DNA from: Longivirga aurantiaca
Lineage (GTDB): Bacteria > Actinomycetota > Actinomycetes > S36-B12 > CAIYMF01
Length of the DNA: 32,000 nt
Assembly (NCBI RefSeq): GCF_042660085.1
Contig: NZ_JBHSTI010000008.1
Location: forward strand, 1,299,876 to 1,331,875
Direction of reading: 5' to 3'
The position numbers and the translations under genes were made by a program. Below the pieces are notes generated by a model. The model searched no databases and had not been told where the DNA came from. It was given only the letters and a program-made list of their open reading frames with translations. How positions within the stretch are numbered: the first letter of the stretch is position 1; the number at the start of each line of letters is the position of its first letter. Shown one piece after another: positions 23,447 to 32,000 of the stretch.

Positions 23447-23450
<4 letters not shown>
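22461..23450 (-). CDS. Sucrase/ferredoxin-like (Suc_Fer-like, thioredoxin-fold [2Fe-2S]) family protein
   Basis: 329 aa, the 3' part of ORF 22461..25547. The GTG at 23450 overlaps the parC-like stop (GTGA). Family pattern: N-terminal Cys + GTA...[11 protein letters not shown], then [13 protein letters not shown] and HLGGHRFAP. Confidence 0.75.
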
Positions 23451-25951
<2,501 letters not shown>

Positions 25952-26032
25952 TGCTCCTGCGGTCGAGGTGGTCGGGGGCCAGGGTCTGGGTCTCTGCGGT
26001 CCGGGTGACAGCAGCCTCCATCATGCGCCTGC

Positions 26033-26446
26033 TCAGCGCACCGTCTGCCTCCGGACGTCCGCGGCCACGGCCGCGACCAGCAGCAGGAGGAACCCGGTGA
26101 TCGCGGCGCCGTAGGCGCCGATGCGGATGGCGGACAGCGGCACGCCGCCGGTGCTGTCGAGGGCGTTGACGAGGATCCACGCGCTCGGGACGGCGACCGC
26201 GAGCAGCGCGCCGATCACGACCAGGGCGCGCAGGTTCGTGAGGGCGCCGAGCAGGGCGACGCCGGCGGCGATCGTGAGGGGCAGGCCCATCGAGGCGAGC
26301 CACCCGGTCGCGCCGACCTCACCCGGCGAGAGCACGCTGCGCCAGGGGATGTCGATGCCGGTCACGTCCCCCACCCACGGCAGGAACTGGCAGCCCGCCA
26401 CGACGAGGGCGAGCAGCAGCGCGACGACGCGTGCGAGCGACTTCAT
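26033..26446 (-). CDS. Small membrane protein, putative lipoprotein
   Basis: 137 aa from the ATG at 26446 (GGGAGGA upstream). Signal peptide with lipobox MKSLARVVALLLALVVAGC, followed by three further hydrophobic segments. Confidence 0.65.
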   Translation of the reverse strand: MKSLARVVALLLALVVAGCQFLPWVGDVTGIDIPWRSVLSPGEVGATGWLASMGLPLTIAAGVALLGALTNLRALVVIGALLAVAVPSAWILVNALDSTGGVPLSAIRIGAYGAAITGFLLLLVAAVAADVRRQTVR

Positions 26447-26542
26447 GCGCGGATCCTCCCAGGTCCGGGGCATCCGCGGCGGAACCTGGGTGGCGTCCTC
26501 ACCGTGTCGCGCCGCCCACGGTCACCCACCGTGCCGCCGGTG

Positions 26543-27484
26543 TCACGGGCGGGCGCCGACGCGCGCCACGACCCGCGCCGCGGCTCGGTTGCCGCGCCCC
26601 AGCGCCACCTCGAGGTCGACGCCGTCGCACCAGGCGGGCAGGAATCCGGCCGCGAACGCGTCGCCGGCACCGGTGGTGTCGACGACGTCCACCGGGACGG
26701 CCGGCGCGTGGGCCTCGCCCTGCTCGCTGTCGACGGCGAGCGAGCCGCGCGAGCCCAGCTTCACCACGACGGTCGCAGCCGCGGAGCGCAGGGCCAGCGC
26801 GGCCTGCCGCGCACCGTCGAGCGCGGCGGCGGTGCTCTCGTCGTGCTGCGGCGCGGGCAGCCCCGCGAGCAGGGCGGCCTCCTCCTCGTTGGCGAGCAGG
26901 ACGTCGACGCCGGAGATCCACGAGAGGAACCGTGCGGCGCCGGTGTCGGCGAGCGGACCCACCGAGGCGACGTCGACGCTCGTGGTCATGCCGCGCAGGC
27001 GCGCCCGGTCGAGGGCGGACAGCCCTGCCATGCGGCTGCTGTCGACCATGAGCATGTAGCCGGACAGGTGCAGGTGGCGGCCTGCGGCGAAGAGGCCGTC
27101 GGGAAGGTCCTGCGGCGTGAGGGCCTGATTGGCGCCAGGGTCGGGCACCATCGTGCGCTCGCCGTCCGGCATCACCAGCACGATGCAGGTGCCGGTGGGC
27201 CGCTGGGCGTCGACGGCGAGGGCGCAATCGACGCCGCCCTCCTCGAGCTCCATCCGCCCGGCGCGGCCGAGGAGGTCGTCGCCGATCCTGCCCACGAACG
27301 TGGTCGTGTGGCCGTCGTGGGCCAGCCACGCAGCGGTGTTGGCAGCGGCCCCGCCGCCCATGACCCGTACGTCGGCCGGGGTGTCGGTGCCCTCGCGCAG
27401 GGCGCCGGGGAGCGAGGCGACGACGTCGGTCATGTACTGGCCGACCGACACGTACCGGCGGTCGGGGTGCGGCGCGCGGCTCAT
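26543..27484 (-). CDS. psuK: PfkB-family carbohydrate kinase, probable pseudouridine kinase
   Basis: 313 aa, the 3' part of ORF 26543..27982. The ATG at 27484 overlaps the psuG stop (ATGA). PfkB signatures GGGAANTA and DTTGAGDAF. The pseudouridine specificity is inferred from coupling to psuG. Confidence 0.75.
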   Translation of the reverse strand: MSRAPHPDRRYVSVGQYMTDVVASLPGALREGTDTPADVRVMGGGAAANTAAWLAHDGHTTTFVGRIGDDLLGRAGRMELEEGGVDCALAVDAQRPTGTCIVLVMPDGERTMVPDPGANQALTPQDLPDGLFAAGRHLHLSGYMLMVDSSRMAGLSALDRARLRGMTTSVDVASVGPLADTGAARFLSWISGVDVLLANEEEAALLAGLPAPQHDESTAAALDGARQAALALRSAAATVVVKLGSRGSLAVDSEQGEAHAPAVPVDVVDTTGAGDAFAAGFLPAWCDGVDLEVALGRGNRAAARVVARVGARP

Positions 27485-28383
27485 GCCGCTGCGGCGACGG
27501 CGATCGCGGCGGCGAGCACGGCGTTGCTGCGCACCAGCGCCACGTTGACCTCGAGGCTGCGGCCCTTGGTCGCGGTGTGGAAGAACTCGAGCAGGAACGG
27601 CGTGACGTCCTTGCCGCGCACGCCCGCCTGGTCGGCGGCCGCGAGACCGGCTACGAGCACGCTGTCGTGCAGGGTGCGGTCGAGCTCGTCCTCCGGCGCG
27701 ACCGGGTTGCAGACGATGACGCCGGCGTCGCACTCGAGCGCCGAGCGCGCGTGCATCACGGCCGCGACCTCGGCGGGGTCGTCGACCCGCCAGTCGACGG
27801 CGAACCCGGAGTCGGCGAGGTAGAAGCCGGGGAAGCGGTCGGTGCGGTAGCCCAGCACCGGCACGTTGAGGGTCTCGAGGCGCTCGAGGGTGGCGGCGAC
27901 GTCGAGGATCGACTTCACCCCGGCGCAGACGACCGTCACGGGCGTGGTCGAGAGCGTGGTCAGGTCGGCCGACTCGTCCCACGTGTCACGTGCACCGCGG
28001 TGCACGCCGCCGAGGCCGCCGGTGGCGAAGACCAGGATGCCGGCCAGATGGGCGAGGTGGGAGGTGGCCGCGACGGTGGTGGCACCGTTCCCGCGCTTGG
28101 CCACGAGCGTGCCGAGGTCGCGGACGCTGACCTTCACGACCGAGTCGTCCTCGGCAACCGTGCGCAGGGCGTCGTCGTCGAGCCCGATCCGGGGGATGCC
28201 GTCCACCACCGCGATGGTCGCGGGGACGGCGCCGCCGGAGCGCACGGAGTCCTCGATCTCGCGCGCCACCCGCAGGTTGTCCGGGCGGGGGAGGCCGTGG
28301 CTGATGATCGTGGACTCGAGGGCGACCACGGGTCGGCCCGACTCGAGGGCGTCGGCGACCTCGGGGTGGATCTGCAGGTGCAT
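27481..28383 (-). CDS. psuG: Pseudouridine-5'-phosphate glycosidase
   Basis: 300 aa. The N-terminal pattern VADALESGRPVVALESTIISHGLPRPDN and the body (VFATGGLGGVHRG, DISADL-like DESADLTTL) are typical of PsuG/YeiN (IndA-like). Confidence 0.9.
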   Translation of the reverse strand: MHLQIHPEVADALESGRPVVALESTIISHGLPRPDNLRVAREIEDSVRSGGAVPATIAVVDGIPRIGLDDDALRTVAEDDSVVKVSVRDLGTLVAKRGNGATTVAATSHLAHLAGILVFATGGLGGVHRGARDTWDESADLTTLSTTPVTVVCAGVKSILDVAATLERLETLNVPVLGYRTDRFPGFYLADSGFAVDWRVDDPAEVAAVMHARSALECDAGVIVCNPVAPEDELDRTLHDSVLVAGLAAADQAGVRGKDVTPFLLEFFHTATKGRSLEVNVALVRSNAVLAAAIAVAAAA

Positions 28384-28426
28384 GGATGAAAGGTAACGGG
28401 AACCCCCGGCGCACTACGTTGGGGCC

Positions 28427-31243
28427 GTGCCAGACGAACCCGAGGTCGCCGAGCCGCCCGAGCACTGGGAGGCGGACGTCGTCCTGCGGGACGGGCGCAC
28501 CGCGAGGCTGCGGCCGATCCGGCCCTCCGACGCCGAGCGGCTCGCCGAGTTCCACCGGTCGCTGTCCGAGGAGACCATCTACTACCGGTTCTTCGCGCCG
28601 TACCCGGAGCTGACGCCGCGCGACCTCACCCGGTTCACGACGGTCGACCACCACGACCGCGTGGCGTTCGTCGCGTTGACGGGCGACGACATCATCGGGG
28701 TCGGCCGCTTCGACCGGGTGGACGAGCGCGACGCCGAGGTCGCCTTCGTCATCCGCGACGCGCACCAGGGCCGCGGCCTGGGGTCGGTGCTGCTCGAGCA
28801 CCTGGCCGCCGCCGCCCGCGAGCTCGGAGTACGGCGCTTCGTCGCCGAGGTGCTTCCCACCAACCGCCGGATGCTGGCGACGTTCGAGGAGGCGGGCTAC
28901 CACCCCTCGCACAAGATGGAGGACGGCGTCGTGTCGCTGGCCTTCGACCTCGAGCCGACGGAGTCGTCGGTGGCCGTGCGCCTGGCCCGCGAGCATCGCG
29001 CCGAGTCGCGCAGCGTCGCCGCCCTCGTGGCGCCCGAGTCGCTCGTGGTGGTCGGCGCGAGCCGCGACCCGCGCTCGCTGGGCAACCGCGTGCTGCGGCA
29101 CCTGCTCGAGGGCGGATACACCGGCCGCCTGTCGGCGGTGAACCGCGCCGCCGTCGAGGAGGGGGTGCAGGTCCTCGGGGTGCCGACGTACGCCTCGGTG
29201 TCCGAGATCCCCGAGCCCGTCACCCTGGCGCTGCTCGCTGTGCCGCACGACGAGGTCGACGCCGTGGTCGACGACTGCGCGGCCGCCCGGGTGCGCGGAC
29301 TGCTGGTGGTGGCATCCGGCTACAGCGAGAGCGGTCCGGACGGCGTCGCCCGCCAGCGGGCGCTGGTGCGCAAGGCGCGCGGCAACGGCATGCGGGTGAT
29401 CGGGCCCAACGCGCTCGGCATCGTCAACACCGACCCGGCCGTCTCGATGAACGCCTCGCTCGCGCCGAAGCTCCCGGGCCACGCGCCGATCGGGTTCTTC
29501 AGCCAGAGCGGGGCGCTCGGGGGCACGATCCTCGCCCGCGCAGTGCGCCGCGGCCTCGGCGTCTCGACGTTCGTGTCGGCGGGCAACCGCGCCGACGTCA
29601 GCGGCAACGACCTGCTGCAGTACTGGGAGGACGACGAGCAGACGTCGGTCGTGCTCCTCTACCTCGAGAGCGTGGGCAACCCGCGCAAGTTCACGCGCAT
29701 TGCGCGCAGGCTGTCGCGCACCAAGCCGGTCGTCGCGATGCGCACGGGCCGATCCACCCAGGCCTACCCGATCGGGCACGCCATCCGCCGGACGACGCTG
29801 CCGGTGGCCGCGGTCGACTCGATGTTCGCCCAGGCGGGCATCGTGGAGGTCGAGTCGCTGGGGGAGATGTTCGACGTCGCGGGGCTGCTCGCCTACCAGC
29901 CGCTGCCGGCGGGACGACGCGTCGCGATCGTGGGCAACTCCGACGCCCTCGCGGTGCTCGCGGGCGACGCGTGCGAGGGCGCCGAGCTCGACGTCGTCGG
30001 CGAGCCGATGACTCTGCGCAGCGACTGCACGCCCCAGGATCTCGCCCGCGCTCTGGCCGCGGTGCTCGACGACCCTGCGGTCGACTCGGTGGTCGTGTCG
30101 CACGTGCCGACGCTCGGCCACGACGGCCGGGCCTGGGAGCGGGTCGTCGCCGAGACCGTGGTGCGCGGGGCAAAGCCGGTCGTGGCGGTGCTCGTGGCCG
30201 CGGAGGAGGAGAGCGGGCTGCTGGCCACGCCGGAGGGCGAGGCCGCGGATCTCGCGATGCCCGAGCACGGGTCGGTCCCGTTCTACGGCACCGTCGAGGA
30301 CGCCGTGCGCGCGCTGCGCCGGGTCACGCGGTACGCCGAGTGGCGCGCACGACCGCTGGGCGACCTGCCCGAGTTCTCCGACATCGACCACAAGCGGGCG
30401 CGCGCGATCGTGGACCAGCTCGTGGGCGAGGAGCTCGACTCCGCTGAGGGCCCGGTGCCCAGCCTCACCGGCCGCGGCAGGGCGGGCGGCGGGCCCGCGG
30501 CCACCACGAACACCGCGCACGTGGACGACGACCCGGACGAGGTCGTGCTGTACGCCGAGGACCCCGACGACGACCTCACGCTGCTCCTCGAGCAGTACGG
30601 CATCCCGGTGTGGCCGGTGGTCGCCGTGACGAGTGCCGAGCAGGCGGTGGAGGTGGCCGACCGCATCGGCTACCCCGTGGTGCTGAAGACGCTCGACCCG
30701 CGCTTCTCCTCGCGCACGGACCTCGGAGGCCTGCGGCTCAACCTCGAGAACGAGCGGGCGGTGCGAACGGCGTTCCGGTCGATGTCGCTGAGCCTCGACC
30801 CCGAGGCCGCGGACCGGCTCGTGCTGCAGCACATGGCGACGCCCGGGGTGGCGTGCGTGGTCGGCTCTACCGAGGACCCGCTCTTCGGACCGGTGGTGTC
30901 GTTCGGGCTGGCCGGCATGGTGCCCGAGCTGCTCGGCGACCGCGGCTACCGCATCCCGCCGCTCACGGACACCGACGCGCACGACCTCGTCGACGCGCCG
31001 GGGGCCTCGCCGATGCTCAACGGCATCGGGGGCACCGAGCCCGTCGACCACGCCGCGATCGAGGACCTGCTGCTCCGGGTCGGGCAGCTCGCGGACGACG
31101 TGCCCGAGCTCGGCGACCTGCGGCTCGAGCCGGTGGTCGTGGCGGAGGAGGGCCTCGCCGTCCTCGGCGCGCGTGCGGTCCTGCGCAGGCCGCAGGCCCG
31201 TTCGGACGCCGAGGCGCGCCGGCTGGGCGTCGGCGACCTCTAG
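28427..31243 (+). CDS. GNAT acetyltransferase fused to an ADP-forming acyl-CoA synthetase-like region (Pat-type protein lysine acetyltransferase, actinobacterial domain order)
   Basis: 938 aa with a GTG start. The N-terminal GNAT core is FVIRDAHQGRGLGSVLLEHL. It is followed by a CoA-binding/succinyl-CoA-synthetase-like flavodoxin region (VVGASRDP..., GPNALGIVN) and a C-terminal ATP-grasp region (GYPVVLKT). Confidence 0.85.
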   Translation: MPDEPEVAEPPEHWEADVVLRDGRTARLRPIRPSDAERLAEFHRSLSEETIYYRFFAPYPELTPRDLTRFTTVDHHDRVAFVALTGDDIIGVGRFDRVDERDAEVAFVIRDAHQGRGLGSVLLEHLAAAARELGVRRFVAEVLPTNRRMLATFEEAGYHPSHKMEDGVVSLAFDLEPTESSVAVRLAREHRAESRSVAALVAPESLVVVGASRDPRSLGNRVLRHLLEGGYTGRLSAVNRAAVEEGVQVLGVPTYASVSEIPEPVTLALLAVPHDEVDAVVDDCAAARVRGLLVVASGYSESGPDGVARQRALVRKARGNGMRVIGPNALGIVNTDPAVSMNASLAPKLPGHAPIGFFSQSGALGGTILARAVRRGLGVSTFVSAGNRADVSGNDLLQYWEDDEQTSVVLLYLESVGNPRKFTRIARRLSRTKPVVAMRTGRSTQAYPIGHAIRRTTLPVAAVDSMFAQAGIVEVESLGEMFDVAGLLAYQPLPAGRRVAIVGNSDALAVLAGDACEGAELDVVGEPMTLRSDCTPQDLARALAAVLDDPAVDSVVVSHVPTLGHDGRAWERVVAETVVRGAKPVVAVLVAAEEESGLLATPEGEAADLAMPEHGSVPFYGTVEDAVRALRRVTRYAEWRARPLGDLPEFSDIDHKRARAIVDQLVGEELDSAEGPVPSLTGRGRAGGGPAATTNTAHVDDDPDEVVLYAEDPDDDLTLLLEQYGIPVWPVVAVTSAEQAVEVADRIGYPVVLKTLDPRFSSRTDLGGLRLNLENERAVRTAFRSMSLSLDPEAADRLVLQHMATPGVACVVGSTEDPLFGPVVSFGLAGMVPELLGDRGYRIPPLTDTDAHDLVDAPGASPMLNGIGGTEPVDHAAIEDLLLRVGQLADDVPELGDLRLEPVVVAEEGLAVLGARAVLRRPQARSDAEARRLGVGDL

Positions 31244-31303
31244 GCGGTCCGCTCGGGCCTAACGCAGTGGCACCGTGTCGGGGGTCTCTGATGGACTCGT
31301 GCC

Positions 31304-32000
31304 ATGGACGGCGACGCGGTGCTGGAGCGGCCCGTCTCCATCCGTGAGGTGCTGAACCCGCCGATCATCCGGATGCTCGTCGGCATCGGCTGCTCGGCGC
31401 TCGGCGGCGGCCTCATCATGTCGCTGCTCGTGGTCTACCTCCACCAGGTCCGCGGCCTGCCGCTGCAGCTCGCCGGGCTGGTCCTCACGTTCCAGGCGCT
31501 GCTCGGCCTCGCCTTCTCTCCGCTGGTCGGTCTGGTGGTGGACCGCATCGGTCCCAAGCCCGTGCTGCTCACGGCCCTCGGCATCGAGGCGGTCGGCACC
31601 GTGGCCATCGGGTTCGCGGCGACCGCGCCGCAGGCGTTCCTCGCGGCCGGGATCATGGCCGTGGGCAACGCAGGGCTGTGGGCGCCGCAGGCCGCGATCC
31701 TGTCGCGGCTGACCACGCCAGAACGCCGCCAGCGCGTGTTCGGGCTGCAGTTCATGCTGCTCAACCTCGGCATCGGGCTCGGCGGCCTCGTGGGGGCGGT
31801 CGTCGTCGACGTCGACCGCCCGTGGACCTTCACGGTCCTGTACGCCGCCAACGCGGTGACGTTCCTGGCGTACGCCGTGGCGGTGGCGGGCGTGCGCGGG
31901 GTCAGCGGGCCGGAGGCGCACCCGCCGGAGGAGGGCGAGGACGGCCGGGGCGGCTACCTCCAGGTGCTCTCGGACCGTCGGCTGCGCCGGTACGTCCTCG
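31304..32000 (+). CDS. MFS transporter, 3' end cut by window edge
   Basis: Absent from the ORF track because no stop is reached. The ATG at 31304 is the first start after an in-frame TGA at 31289. My translation (MDGDAVLERPVSIREVLNPPIIRMLVGIGCSALGGG...GLVVDRIGPKPVLL...) shows successive hydrophobic helices and the MFS loop motif D-R-x-G-x-K. G/C third positions are strong. The antisense ORF 31259..31921 is Arg/Asp/His-rich junk. Confidence 0.8.
   Translation, partial: MDGDAVLERPVSIREVLNPPIIRMLVGIGCSALGGGLIMSLLVVYLHQVRGLPLQLAGLVLTFQALLGLAFSPLVGLVVDRIGPKPVLLTALGIEAVGTVAIGFAATAPQAFLAAGIMAVGNAGLWAPQAAILSRLTTPERRQRVFGLQFMLLNLGIGLGGLVGAVVVDVDRPWTFTVLYAANAVTFLAYAVAVAGVRGVSGPEAHPPEEGEDGRGGYLQVLSDRRLRRYVL

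Noticed and set aside
26458-26490. 7-bp inverted repeat CCCAGGT...ACCTGGG overlapping the lipoprotein gene's Shine-Dalgarno
   Set aside because: The stem is short and the loop is 19 nt. There is no supporting feature, so it is within chance expectation for GC-rich sequence.
27986-31051. 1021-aa ORF antisense to the acetyltransferase gene
   Set aside because: It is Arg/Gly/Pro/His-rich with low complexity and no motifs. It lies fully opposite a gene with clear GNAT and ATP-grasp motifs, so it is a GC-driven antisense artefact.

Overview
Very GC-rich, coding-dense chromosomal window that looks actinobacterial: third codon positions are almost all G/C, GTG starts are frequent, and many stop/start codons overlap. 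I support 31 CDS. I saw no rRNA, tRNA, CRISPR array, transposase or integrase. All calls rest on motifs and gene order read by eye; no database search was possible. Housekeeping genes sit at both ends: parE-like topoisomerase subunit B (2..1990), and then beta-carbonic anhydrase, a sucrase/ferredoxin-like protein, parC-like subunit A, a small lipoprotein, psuK/psuG, a GNAT/ADP-forming acyl-CoA synthetase-type acetyltransferase and a truncated MFS transporter (21872..32000). Between them lies a roughly 19 kb aromatic-catabolism supercluster arranged as two divergent operons fired from an 82-bp control region (11372..11453). The minus-strand operon encodes an unknown protein, an IclR regulator, a lower meta-cleavage block in dmpE-F-G-H-I order, a Rieske ferredoxin, a HAD hydrolase, an LLM oxidoreductase and an ABC-2 exporter. 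The plus-strand operon encodes two tandem XylE-type catechol 2,3-dioxygenases, a histidine phosphatase, a split two-subunit PEP-synthase-like dikinase with phenylphosphate-synthase architecture, a beta-less Rieske oxygenase, a 4-Cys zinc-ribbon ORF, a third MhpD-family paralog, a second HAD hydrolase and an FprA-type reductase. The main candidate for a novel system is the dikinase + phosphatase + Rieske oxygenase module (13270..19006). It sits next to meta-cleavage genes with no carboxylase and no conventional phenol hydroxylase in the window. I infer an aerobic route that phosphorylates a phenolic substrate and then oxygenates it to a catechol; this is not demonstrated.
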